From contig JABIXH010000296.1 in assembly GCA_018664975.1 (NCBI GenBank), positions 1 to 41,899 of the forward strand: a stretch of DNA of 41,899 nt, in the 5' to 3' direction. The notes under the pieces were generated by a model. The model did not search any database and was not told where the DNA came from. It was given only the letters and a program-made list of their open reading frames with translations. Origin of the DNA: Nitrospina sp. Its GTDB lineage: Bacteria; Nitrospinota; Nitrospinia; Nitrospinales; VA-1. This document shows, one piece after another, positions 18,360-27,795 of the stretch (its first letter is position 1; every line of letters starts with the position of its first letter). Both the position numbers and the translations under genes were made by a program.

Positions 18360-19094
18360 TCATCCGACAGATTTAGCACAACGAAAACCGGTGTCCCAGT
18401 ATCGCATTTGAGGAGGGGAAAAATTTCGGTAAGGTAGCATTGTGAACTGTTTTAAAAACCCGTGTTCACGTTTATTAATTGAACCGCCACGGGTCACCTT
18501 GAATTTCTCCCCAAAGTTATTATCTTGCAGAATGGAGTTGGGGTAGGGTTTGTACCAGCTTGCGGTCCATTCCGAAACATTTCCATTCATTCCCCATATA
18601 CGATAGGTGCTGACATCTCCCTCAAGGGCGTTTACCGGTTGTACTTGTTTGCCGAAATTAGCAGTGCCCTTTTCGAAATCGTTGCCCCATACGAAAAGTC
18701 GGTTGTCACTCCCTCGGGCCGCTTTTTCCCATTCATACTCTAACGGCAGACGCTTACCTGCCCAAAGACAATAGGCATCGGCTTCGTACCAACTGATTCC
18801 GCTGACTGGTAAGTTCATTTGCTGAACAGGGTATTGTGCCTGGGGTTTAAACTTCATAAACTCCTCATAGGTGACCTCAAACTGGTCTATATAAAAGGCC
18901 TTCAATAAATATTGTTGCTCCGGTTGTGCATTGAGGGCAGATGTTTTTTCCGACATGAATTGCAGGATTTTACTCTCGGGATTGAGACCCAATGTGAATT
19001 CGCCTTCAGGAATGAGGACCATCCCTATTTGTTTCTGGGCTTCGCAAGAAACAAAGAGTATTGATAGGAGTGCAATCAGGAGTATTCTATTCAA
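18360..19094 (-). CDS. FGE-sulfatase (SUMF1/EgtB/PvdO) domain lipoprotein lacking the FGE catalytic Cys pair
   Basis: Lipobox-like signal (LLSILFVSCEA). Family motifs FYIDQFEVTYEEF, SEWTASW, TRGGS, GFRCA. Its stop lies 3 nt from the convergent rne stop. Confidence 0.85.
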   Translation of the reverse strand: MNRILLIALLSILFVSCEAQKQIGMVLIPEGEFTLGLNPESKILQFMSEKTSALNAQPEQQYLLKAFYIDQFEVTYEEFMKFKPQAQYPVQQMNLPVSGISWYEADAYCLWAGKRLPLEYEWEKAARGSDNRLFVWGNDFEKGTANFGKQVQPVNALEGDVSTYRIWGMNGNVSEWTASWYKPYPNSILQDNNFGEKFKVTRGGSINKREHGFLKQFTMLPYRNFSPPQMRYWDTGFRCAKSVG

Positions 19095-19803
19095 TTAATT
19101 GAGCAGGAGCTGGGATGTTTTTAGCCAAATGGGTGTCAGGGTTCAAAAATATGCTTGAACCTGGTTCCGTCAATATATATTCAATTGTAAGGCAAGCCGC
19201 TTCTTCACGTGTACACATCATGGAACGGCAGTCGTTCGATTGATTGGAACAATAGTAGTTTAAGATTCTCATTTTCATGAAGATGTCATCTTTTAATTGT
19301 AATGCATAAACATTTTTCTTGGATTCAATATTATGTGTCCGGGTACGATAATTGTACCAGCCCGCCAACTCTTTATTGATTAAATTGCCCAGCGAGCGGT
19401 GATCCTGGGCATAGCCTGTATTCGGAGCTGTTTTAACTTCATCAAAGTTTATGGGTCCCAGGTTTATGACTCCAGTTTTCCCGAGGGGATTGGTTTTTCC
19501 ACCATTTGAAATGATTTTTGTCCGGCTGAACCCAAGGTCCCAGGAAAATTGGTTAAATTTGCTAGATTCTGATTCAGAAATTTTCTGAGTTTTCCCAGTA
19601 GAAAAATCTACTAGCGTCCAGGTATTCTTTTCTTTGGCATTAACTTTGATTATGGGATTATTCGTGCTGATCTTCTTTATTTTTTTGGGAGGAAGAGGAA
19701 CAGTTTCAAAATCTCCTATATTTTCCTCCATAAAATTTAAGGTGGTATGGAACAGGAGAGTCGCCGCAAGGAGCATTAAAAATATGCGTGGTGTCGGGTT
19801 CAT
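19087..19803 (-). CDS. secreted HmuY-like domain protein
   Basis: Signal peptide present. The pattern WTLVDFSTGK...SWDLGFSRTKIISNGG...FDEVKTAPNTGY..D...WYNY...VYALQLKDDIFMKMRILNYY matches my recollection of the HmuY family signature. Overlaps the downstream FGE-like gene by 8 nt. Confidence 0.5.
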   Translation of the reverse strand: MNPTPRIFLMLLAATLLFHTTLNFMEENIGDFETVPLPPKKIKKISTNNPIIKVNAKEKNTWTLVDFSTGKTQKISESESSKFNQFSWDLGFSRTKIISNGGKTNPLGKTGVINLGPINFDEVKTAPNTGYAQDHRSLGNLINKELAGWYNYRTRTHNIESKKNVYALQLKDDIFMKMRILNYYCSNQSNDCRSMMCTREEAACLTIEYILTEPGSSIFLNPDTHLAKNIPAPAQLIE

Positions 19804-20001
19804 AAACTTATTTTAACATAGCCTCTTTTTGTCATTCCTGACAAATCCAGGGAATTATTTAGATAATCCCGTTTAACAATTTTTGTGAACATAAAAGGGC
19901 TATTTATAAGAATTACAATTAGTTGTGAAAAGCTTATCTTTTAATGAAATATGCTATATTGTATAATTATTTACAAGGGTTATGGGTTAAAAAAACAGAC
20001 A

Positions 20002-20619
20002 ATGGGTAAAGACAGACATTTTGGTTTCAAAAAAGCGCAAATAGAAAATTATTTAAGAGCGGAATTTAAGAAAAAATTTAAGAGTAACGGTAAAATTTCC
20101 CTCCGAAAAAGACAGAAGTTTATCAGTGAGGTGACTCAGAAAATCGCTAAACGATTTGGGAAAGATGTACTGGTGCTCATAGACTTCGCTCGCAATGGTT
20201 TTTGTTCTGTGGTTTCTCCGGCTGAAATAGAATCGACGGATAAAGGGAAGCTGATTAAATCCTTTTCTCACCCTCAGGTATTTTATACCTCCCACTGTGT
20301 TGAGCGTTTTAGTGAAAGGATGGGCTCTAAGGAAAATTGTGTTATTAAATTGGATGCTTTTTTCAACGATGCCCTGTCTACTTATGGTGAAAATGACGGC
20401 TTCCTGACTTGCCCTGATGGGGTGTTTGCTTTTGATTTGATTGAAGACCGCCTTATTGTAAAAACCTATATTAATTTTGATCTTTTATCAGATGATCAGA
20501 TAAAGCAGTTTTATGGTTTAGGCATGATTTCAATGCTCCCTAAAGAATATGCTACTAAAGACATGTTCGGTACAGATTTTATTCTGGCTGACGAACATGA
20601 AGAATTTTTAAATAAATAG
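20002..20619 (+). CDS. hypothetical protein with a possible DUF4258-like (HxxxRxxxR) toxin-type motif
   Basis: The ORF is listed from ATG 19951. A perfect TATAAT at 19962-19967 lies inside that extension, so ATG 20002 (MGKDRHF...) is preferred. Motif FYTSHCVERFSERMG followed by GVFAFDLIEDRLIVKTYI. Confidence 0.5.
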   Translation: MGKDRHFGFKKAQIENYLRAEFKKKFKSNGKISLRKRQKFISEVTQKIAKRFGKDVLVLIDFARNGFCSVVSPAEIESTDKGKLIKSFSHPQVFYTSHCVERFSERMGSKENCVIKLDAFFNDALSTYGENDGFLTCPDGVFAFDLIEDRLIVKTYINFDLLSDDQIKQFYGLGMISMLPKEYATKDMFGTDFILADEHEEFLNK

Positions 20620-20698
20620 ATATAAATCTACATCTGACCGCCGCAAATTGTTGTTACTTCATTTTCTTCTCCACCTGAGTTCTTAATAAACTCTGAGT

Positions 20699-21355
20699 AT
20701 GATCCAATTATTCAATGTAATTAAAAATTATGGCAGTGGCAAGCCCGCACTGGATGACGTCTCTATCAAAATAGAAAAAGGGGAGTTTGTATTTTTAACG
20801 GGACCGAGTGGTGCTGGCAAGACCACGATTCTCAAAATACTTTTTGGTTGGGAACATTTTGAAGAAGGTCAGGTTTTAGTGCAAGGCATCAATGTGGGGA
20901 GGTTGGATCCTGGAAATATCCACACATTAAGGCGCTCAATGGGGGTAATTTTTCAAGATTATAAATTACTTCCGAATAAAACAGTGTTTGAAAATGTTGC
21001 ATTTGCCCAGGAAGTAACAAACCGTGACCAAAAAAAAATTAAATTTAAAACATGGGAAGCCTTGAAAAATGTGGGGCTAACCCCCAAAAAAGATTCTTTC
21101 CCCCCCCAACTTTCCGGCGGTGAACAACAACGTGTTGCTATAGCCCGGGCGATGGTAAACACCCCTCCTATTATTCTGGCAGATGAGCCGACTGGAAACC
21201 TGGATCAGGAGATTTCGAACGAGATTTTAAAGCTTTTTGAAGAAATAAATCGCAATGGGGCAACTATTGTTTTTGCAACTCATAGTCAGGAAATACTCAA
21301 ACCAGGAAAACATCGAGTGATAGTTTTAAATCGAGGGAAGGTTGTCTCATCGTGA
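20699..21355 (+). CDS. ftsE: cell-division ABC transporter ATP-binding protein FtsE
   Basis: Walker A (GPSGAGKTT), ABC signature ([14 protein letters not shown]), Walker B ([11 protein letters not shown]). 218 aa, directly upstream of ftsX. Confidence 0.9.
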   Translation: MIQLFNVIKNYGSGKPALDDVSIKIEKGEFVFLTGPSGAGKTTILKILFGWEHFEEGQVLVQGINVGRLDPGNIHTLRRSMGVIFQDYKLLPNKTVFENVAFAQEVTNRDQKKIKFKTWEALKNVGLTPKKDSFPPQLSGGEQQRVAIARAMVNTPPIILADEPTGNLDQEISNEILKLFEEINRNGATIVFATHSQEILKPGKHRVIVLNRGKVVSS

Positions 21356-22269
21356 ATTCTGCCACTCAAACTCTGTTGACCAGTCTCAGAACAACGATTT
21401 CAAATATTCAAGCCAATAAACAAACCTTTCTGATTTCTGTCATGACCATTGCCATTTCAGTGGGTATTTTGGGACTTTTTCTAATAATATTTTTAAATTT
21501 GAATGCGCTTCTAACAAGTTGGAACCAGCATGTTCAACTGGTGGTTTATCTGAAAAATGATATTTCTTTTGCTGAGAAGAGTGACCTTCAAGATCTGTTT
21601 AAATCCAATTCAAAAATTCAATCTATGGAGGAAATAAATAAAGAAAAAGCCTGGGAAGAATTCAAATTAACTCAAAAAAATAGTGGAGGATTAGAATTGG
21701 ACTTGGGATTTAATCCTTTGCCTGATTCTTACAGAATCCGCTTTAAACCCTCTGAAAACCGGTCATTGCATATCAGTGAATTTGCTGAACAGGTTCAGGG
21801 TAACCGGGGAGTTGAGTCGGTTGAGTATGGAAAAAAATGGATTGATCGTTTTGAAAAGTTTATGATTTTTTGCCAGGTTTTTCTTTTGGGAGTTGGTGTT
21901 TTATTGAGTTTAGGCTTGATCCTGATTATTTCTAATACCATTCGGCTATCTATATATTCCCGGCAAGAGGAAATTGAATTGATGTTGTTGATAGGGGCGA
22001 CCCCAAGTTTTGTCAAAATCCCGTTCATGCTTGAGGGAATATTTCAGGGTTTGATCGGTTCGTTAGTTTCGCTGGGTTTTATGGGAGCTGTTTATAGTTA
22101 TTTAAAAAACCAATTTCAACCTTCTATTGATTCCATTGCAAGAGGGATGGAGTTTCAGTTTATCTCGCAACCATTTTTGTTAATTCTTGTGGGTCTCAGT
22201 ATGCTGATTGGTTTTGTCGCCAGTTATATTTCAACCTATCAATATATGCAGGTTCTTAACAAAAAATGA
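21352..22269 (+). CDS. ftsX: cell-division permease-like protein FtsX
   Basis: 4-nt overlap with ftsE. Has an N-terminal TM helix, a periplasmic loop and three C-terminal TM helices. 305 aa. Confidence 0.85.
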   Translation: MNSATQTLLTSLRTTISNIQANKQTFLISVMTIAISVGILGLFLIIFLNLNALLTSWNQHVQLVVYLKNDISFAEKSDLQDLFKSNSKIQSMEEINKEKAWEEFKLTQKNSGGLELDLGFNPLPDSYRIRFKPSENRSLHISEFAEQVQGNRGVESVEYGKKWIDRFEKFMIFCQVFLLGVGVLLSLGLILIISNTIRLSIYSRQEEIELMLLIGATPSFVKIPFMLEGIFQGLIGSLVSLGFMGAVYSYLKNQFQPSIDSIARGMEFQFISQPFLLILVGLSMLIGFVASYISTYQYMQVLNKK

Positions 22270-23456
22270 TTTATAGATTTTTAATTCTGCCGACCTTTAT
22301 TTTTATTGGCTTTGTTGTGGCTTTTTCCTCCACCTCATGGTCTGCCAGCAAAAGCTCTGCGCAAATTAAAGTGCTTTTGAAGGACGAGCAAAGAGAGTTG
22401 AAAATTTTAAAGAATAAAATCGCAAAACAGGATCAATTTATTTCTTCAGCAGGGAAAAAGGAAGGCCAGATTCTAGGAAAACTTAAGAAAATTGATAACC
22501 AGATTAAGTTGAAGGAAAGAGAACTTAAAATATATAAATGGAATTCTTTAATTAATAAAAAGAAAATTGCAAAACTTGAAAAAAATTTAAAAGGAAATAA
22601 GAACGAATTAGATAGGCAGAAAGTATCTTTGGGTAAACGCCTTCGCCATATTTATATGGAGGGTCCAGTTTTTCCTCTTAAAGTGGCATTCTCCTCTGAA
22701 GGAATAAACGATCTATTACAGCGCCTCAAATTTTTGGAATTGATTGCTGAATATGATGCAAGTTTGATGACAAATTTTGAAAATCGGCTAAATGATTCGA
22801 AGGTAGAAAAGCAATCACTACTTGCGGTGCGGGCCAAATTGGTTCGTCTGGAAAAAGATGCTTTGAGTAAACAGAGTGAATTCGAAAATGCCCGAAAGGG
22901 TAAAAAAAAGTTTTTAAAAAAGATCAAGAATAAAAAAAAGCTGGGAATTCAAAGCCGTAAAGAGCTTTTAAAAGCTTCCAGCAATCTAAATGATCTAATC
23001 CAAAAAATATTGGGTAAATTAGTGTCTGGGGCAGGGCTGGATATTACCGATAAAAAGGGCAGGTTGAACCTGCCTTTAAAGGGTAAGATTCTCAATAAGT
23101 TTGGAAGACAAAAAGATAAGCAATTCGACTCATTTATTGTCCATAATGGTATCAATATCAGATCGAAAACCGGGTCGTCTGTCCATGCAGTTTTTGATGG
23201 AAAAGTTCTTTATACCGGCGAACTGGATGGTTATGGAAACCTGGTTATTATTGGACATGGAAAGGATTACCACACTTTATATGGGCATTTGGACCGGATT
23301 AAGGTCAAGCAAAATCAGATCGTCCAGACTGGCAATATCATTGGTCTCAGTGGTGATACGGGGTCACTGATAGGAGAAACGCTTTATTTTGAAATGCGTA
23401 AAAATGGTAAACCTATTGAACCGGTTCGCTGGTTTAAGATGGCACGTCGGAAATAG
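22266..23456 (+). CDS. envC: EnvC-like murein hydrolase activator (coiled coil plus degenerate LytM/M23 domain)
   Basis: Signal peptide, a long K/E-rich coiled coil, and a C-terminal M23 fold (GNLVIIGHG..YHTLYGHL). Metal-ligand positions are degenerate: GINI instead of GxDI, and LYFEM instead of LHFE. Overlaps the ftsX stop. Confidence 0.8.
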   Translation: MIYRFLILPTFIFIGFVVAFSSTSWSASKSSAQIKVLLKDEQRELKILKNKIAKQDQFISSAGKKEGQILGKLKKIDNQIKLKERELKIYKWNSLINKKKIAKLEKNLKGNKNELDRQKVSLGKRLRHIYMEGPVFPLKVAFSSEGINDLLQRLKFLELIAEYDASLMTNFENRLNDSKVEKQSLLAVRAKLVRLEKDALSKQSEFENARKGKKKFLKKIKNKKKLGIQSRKELLKASSNLNDLIQKILGKLVSGAGLDITDKKGRLNLPLKGKILNKFGRQKDKQFDSFIVHNGINIRSKTGSSVHAVFDGKVLYTGELDGYGNLVIIGHGKDYHTLYGHLDRIKVKQNQIVQTGNIIGLSGDTGSLIGETLYFEMRKNGKPIEPVRWFKMARRK

Positions 23457-23535
23457 GAAGTCATGTATTGAGTGCGTGGCTCTTCTAATTAATATATAAT
23501 TAAGTTACAAAATTTCTTATCAAGGAGATAATACT

Positions 23536-24972
23536 TTGAAATTGTCATTGCTGAATAATCCAATTAAAACCGGATTGACTCGGTATCTGCTCGTCATTAT
23601 GTTGCTGGGGTTACCTGTGCAGGCTCTTTATGCAGATGAAGCTACTGACGATCCCAAACCAGATACTTATAACAAGCTAAAGGTATTCTCCGAGATACTT
23701 TCTCTGATTGAATCAAATTATGTGGAACCTGTGGGAAGTGACACCATGATTGATGGTGCTATAAAGGGGATGGTTAAATCTCTTGATCCTCATACATCCT
23801 ATTTACCCCCTACGTCCTACAAAGAAATGCAAGTGGAGACAACCGGAAAATTTGGTGGTTTGGGCATCGAAATTAGTATTCGGGATGGTGTTCTTACTGT
23901 TGTTTCACCAATTGATGATACTCCGGCTTTTAAAGTAGGAATAAAAGCAGGTGATAAAATTATTAAGATTGAAGATGAGTCTACCCTTGATATGACTCTT
24001 CAGGATGCGGTCTCCCGGTTAAGAGGGGAAACAGGTTCTCCGATCAATATCACCATTTATAGAGATTCTTTCAAAGCTCCAAAAGAATTTACTATTGTCA
24101 GAGCTATTATTAAAGTTCGGAGCGTTATCCATAAAAAATATAAGAAGGATATTGGTTACATCAAAATCCGTAGCTTTTCAAAAAATACCAGTTTGGACTT
24201 GGATAAAGCTCTGAATGAACTTGAGAAAAAGGAAATATCCAAGCTGATTCTGGACCTCAGGAACAACCCCGGGGGACTGTTGAATCAGGCCGTTGAAGTG
24301 ACAGATCGGTTTTTGAATCGGGAAAATCTAATTGTTTACACCAAAGGACGCTCTGACGAACAGAATATGCGATTCACCAGCCATGATAAAGTGGCGGGTG
24401 TTTCATACCCATTGATTATTTTAGTTAATAGCGGAAGTGCCAGTGCCTCTGAAATTGTTGCGGGTGCCTTGCAAGATTTAAATCGTGCCATTATTTTAGG
24501 TACGCCAACTTTCGGAAAAGGGTCCGTCCAGACCATTATACCGCTGAGTGATGGATCTGCCTTAAGGTTGACCACAGCTAGATATTACACCCCCAGTGGT
24601 AGGGTGATTCAGGAAAATGGTATTGAGCCTGACATTATCATTGAGCGTGAAATTCCTGAAGAAGTAGAAGAAGATGATGAAAAAGAAAAGGAATCGGAAG
24701 AAAAAACCCGTCTGCGAAGGTTTTTGCGGGAAAAGGATTTGAAAAAACATTTGAAGGGAAAAAGTAGTATTGGTGATGTCGATGAGGAAGAGAGTGATGA
24801 AACATCGGCTAAGGAAGACACTGAAGAAGCCTTTCTCAATGAAGACCTGGTAAAGGACAATCAATTACAACATGCCGTTTCACTTCTTTCGGGTTGGGAG
24901 GTCATGAAGAAGGTGTTTAAGAATTTACAAATACCTATTGCCAACCCGGATAGTCGCGTCAGTATGCATTGA
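23536..24972 (+). CDS. ctpA: carboxy-terminal processing protease (S41 family) with PDZ domain and a charged C-terminal insert
   Basis: TTG start 9 nt after AAGGAG. PDZ domain (GGLGIEI...GIKAGDKIIKIE). S41 motifs (NSGSASASEIVAGALQD, TFGKGSVQ). Confidence 0.85.
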   Translation: MKLSLLNNPIKTGLTRYLLVIMLLGLPVQALYADEATDDPKPDTYNKLKVFSEILSLIESNYVEPVGSDTMIDGAIKGMVKSLDPHTSYLPPTSYKEMQVETTGKFGGLGIEISIRDGVLTVVSPIDDTPAFKVGIKAGDKIIKIEDESTLDMTLQDAVSRLRGETGSPINITIYRDSFKAPKEFTIVRAIIKVRSVIHKKYKKDIGYIKIRSFSKNTSLDLDKALNELEKKEISKLILDLRNNPGGLLNQAVEVTDRFLNRENLIVYTKGRSDEQNMRFTSHDKVAGVSYPLIILVNSGSASASEIVAGALQDLNRAIILGTPTFGKGSVQTIIPLSDGSALRLTTARYYTPSGRVIQENGIEPDIIIEREIPEEVEEDDEKEKESEEKTRLRRFLREKDLKKHLKGKSSIGDVDEEESDETSAKEDTEEAFLNEDLVKDNQLQHAVSLLSGWEVMKKVFKNLQIPIANPDSRVSMH

Positions 24973-25027
24973 TGCTTGTTTCTGTTTTTGATTATTGGAA
25001 ATATGTTTATAGGTTTTAATCCCACCC

Positions 25028-26050
25028 ATGCTTGTTCTAGGCTTAGAAACCTCCTGCGATGAAACTGCCGCCGCTGTCTTAAAAGATGGCGGTAATCTTT
25101 TATCTAATGTGATCAACGACCAAATAGGGGTTCACTCTAAGTATGGAGGAATTGTTCCTGAACTGGCGGGTCGGTCTCATATTGAACGCGTGCATCGAGT
25201 AATAGAGGAGGCTGTACAAATAGCCGGTGTCCAATTAAGAGACATTGACCTCATTGCAGTTACGATGGGGCCAGGCCTGATCGGTTCATTGCTGGTGGGT
25301 TTGAACACTGCCAAAGGCCTTTCTTATGGACTCAATACACCCATGATCGGCGTGAATCATTTGGAAGGCCATCTTTTCGCTATTTTTCTCCAGAAAAAAA
25401 TAGAGTTTCCCTTCATCGCTTTGATTGTTTCTGGAGGACATACAGACCTTTATAGAGTAACTGGTTTTGGACATTATAAATTACTGGGGCGTACCCGGGA
25501 TGATGCGGCAGGGGAGTCTTTTGATAAGGTAGGGAAAATGTTAGGACTTCCTTATCCGGGAGGACCAGCCATCGAAAAATTAGCGCGACAAGGAAATGGA
25601 AAGTTACATAAATTTCCCCGAGCCTATTTGGAGAAAGATTCGTTGGATTTTAGTTTCAGCGGACTTAAAACCTCGGTTCGCACTTTCTTGCAACGCAGGG
25701 AGCAGGACACTGGCATAACCTTGACGGATGAAGATGTCTCAGCAGGGTTTCAGGAAGCGGTAATTGATGTTCTGGTGGATAAGTTGATAAGCGCCTGTAA
25801 AAAAGAACGTCTAACAAGAATTGTCGTGACGGGTGGAGTCGCTTCAAATGGTGCCCTGCGTGAAGCGGTACAAAAAGCGGCTCAAGCCTACGAGTTTGAG
25901 GCTTCTTTCCCTGATCCAATTTTTTGTACCGATAATGCCGCCATGATAGCTTGTGCCGGTTATCATAAGTTTTCCCAAGATCCAAGCTTGTCAGCAAACC
26001 TAAGGAGCCTGGATGCCAAAGCAAATCTTGCGTTAGATAATTCTCCTTAA
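25028..26050 (+). CDS. tsaD: tRNA N6-adenosine threonylcarbamoyltransferase TsaD
   Basis: Motifs LGLETSCDETAAAV, NHLEGHL, VSGGHT, GGVASN. 340 aa. Confidence 0.9.
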   Translation: MLVLGLETSCDETAAAVLKDGGNLLSNVINDQIGVHSKYGGIVPELAGRSHIERVHRVIEEAVQIAGVQLRDIDLIAVTMGPGLIGSLLVGLNTAKGLSYGLNTPMIGVNHLEGHLFAIFLQKKIEFPFIALIVSGGHTDLYRVTGFGHYKLLGRTRDDAAGESFDKVGKMLGLPYPGGPAIEKLARQGNGKLHKFPRAYLEKDSLDFSFSGLKTSVRTFLQRREQDTGITLTDEDVSAGFQEAVIDVLVDKLISACKKERLTRIVVTGGVASNGALREAVQKAAQAYEFEASFPDPIFCTDNAAMIACAGYHKFSQDPSLSANLRSLDAKANLALDNSP

Positions 26051-26063
26051 AAAGGACAGTGAA

Positions 26064-27059
26064 ATGCGGGCTCTGGTTACAGGCGGCGGCGGATTTCTAG
26101 GTAGTGGAATTGCTAAATCTCTCCATGAAAAACAGCATGACGTTACGGTTATTGGCCGGAACCACTATTCCCATCTTCCAAAGGCCATAAAACAGTTTCA
26201 AGGAGATATCCGGGACTTAGATTTCCTGCGCAAAGTACATGTCGGAATGGATGCTGTTTTTCACACCGCGGCTTTTCCCGCTATTTGGGGACAGGCAGAA
26301 GAGTTTTATAGTATCAATGTCGATGGAACCCGCAACATCATAAAGGCCTGCCTGCTTACTGGTATTGCGAAACTTGTTTATACCAGTTCTCCTAGTGTTG
26401 TATTTGGAAGCACGAGCCTTGAAGGGGTAGATGAGTCCATTCCTTATCCAGACGACTATTTATGTGAGTACCCCCGAACTAAAGCAATTGCTGAAAAACT
26501 TGTAATAGAAGCTAATGGTCAGGATTTGTCAACAATATCCCTCAGGCCCCATTTAATATGGGGACCGGGTGACCCACATTTGATCCCTCGGCTATTGGCA
26601 AGAGCGGATAAAGGAAAATTAGTGCGTGTAGGCAATGGGGACAACAAGGTCGATATTATTTATATCGATAATGCTGTACACGCGCATCTTAAGGCTTGCG
26701 ATTCTATTGGAATAGGTAAGGCATCTTCTGGCAAGGTATATTTTATCAGCGATGGAGATCCGGTAAATCTTTGGGATTGGATCAGTGAGTTGTTGGAAAA
26801 AACTAACCGCCCCTCAATTACTCGTAGTATTTCTTACCAAACTGCATCCTGTTTGGGGAAGATATTGGAAGGAATTTTCAAATTTGGAAATATCAAAAAA
26901 GAACCCCCTATGACACGATTCCTGGCTTCCCAGTTAGCAACCTCTCATTATTTCAATATTTCCAGGGCCAAAAATGATTTTGGATATGAGCCTGTTGTGA
27001 ATAGAAAGGAAGGAATGAATCGCCTCATTCAGTCTCTATCTGATCCCCAAGGATGTTGA
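26064..27059 (+). CDS. NAD-dependent epimerase/dehydratase, 3-beta-hydroxysteroid dehydrogenase-like SDR
   Basis: Rossmann motif VTGGGGFLGSGIA and catalytic YPRTK (YxxxK). 331 aa. Confidence 0.8.
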   Translation: MRALVTGGGGFLGSGIAKSLHEKQHDVTVIGRNHYSHLPKAIKQFQGDIRDLDFLRKVHVGMDAVFHTAAFPAIWGQAEEFYSINVDGTRNIIKACLLTGIAKLVYTSSPSVVFGSTSLEGVDESIPYPDDYLCEYPRTKAIAEKLVIEANGQDLSTISLRPHLIWGPGDPHLIPRLLARADKGKLVRVGNGDNKVDIIYIDNAVHAHLKACDSIGIGKASSGKVYFISDGDPVNLWDWISELLEKTNRPSITRSISYQTASCLGKILEGIFKFGNIKKEPPMTRFLASQLATSHYFNISRAKNDFGYEPVVNRKEGMNRLIQSLSDPQGC

Positions 27060-27795
27060 TGCGGTGGGCCATACTTCCTGCTCCAAACCCATTGTCTATA
27101 TTGACCACAGCTATTCCAGGTGAACAACTGTTCAACATGGTGAGAAGGGCGGAAACCCCTCCAAAAGATGTTCCATAGCCAATACTGGTAGGTACCGCTA
27201 TGAGGGGTTTGTCCACTAAACCTCCGACTACACTGGCCAGGGCTCCTTCCATTCCTGCTACCACAATGACTACCCGAGCCTTACGGATCTGCTCAAGGTT
27301 ATTAAATAGGCGGTGAATACCAGCAACGCCAACATCAAAATGAGTTTCTGTCTGGCTTCCTAATAATTCAGCGGTTATAGAAGCTTCTTCAGCGATGGGA
27401 ATATCTGATGTTCCCGCAGTGATAATGCTTATCAGGCCCTTTTTTTTCCGGGACTTGTTTTTATCGATGACCAGAGTCTGTGCCATTTCATTGTAGCTGG
27501 CAGTTTTAGGCAGAGAAGGTTTTAGTTTGCGGAAACTATCTTTAGATAATTTGGTTGCAAGAATGGAATGCCCGGCACGATTCATACTCTGAATAATTTT
27601 CTTTATTTGGGCTACCGTTTTCCCCTGACAATAAATGACTTCGGGCATACCACTTCTAAGGTCACGATGATGGTCAACTTTGGCGAATTCGAGATTTTCA
27701 TAAGGCAGGGTTTTAAGTTTTTTCAATGCCTGCTGGGGTGTAAATTTTTGCTTGTGCAAGTCCTCCAACAATTTTTTTAAATTCTGAGGATTCAT
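27025..27795 (-). CDS. larB: LarB-like protein (PurE/AIR-carboxylase fold, nickel-pincer cofactor biosynthesis family)
   Basis: About 120 aa of N-terminal domain, then a PurE-like core (ISIITAGTSDIPIAEEA...VIVVAGMEGALASVVGG). 4-nt overlap with the gpsA stop. Confidence 0.7.
   Translation of the reverse strand: MNPQNLKKLLEDLHKQKFTPQQALKKLKTLPYENLEFAKVDHHRDLRSGMPEVIYCQGKTVAQIKKIIQSMNRAGHSILATKLSKDSFRKLKPSLPKTASYNEMAQTLVIDKNKSRKKKGLISIITAGTSDIPIAEEASITAELLGSQTETHFDVGVAGIHRLFNNLEQIRKARVVIVVAGMEGALASVVGGLVDKPLIAVPTSIGYGTSFGGVSALLTMLNSCSPGIAVVNIDNGFGAGSMAHRINILGDQIETE

Noticed and set aside
17941-18411. A 156-aa plus-strand ORF overlapping the rne tail out of frame and running into the next gene.
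   Set aside because: It starts inside the tandem repeat of rne. Its K/R-rich composition is a frame-shifted echo of the rne tail, and it overlaps the convergent FGE-like gene.
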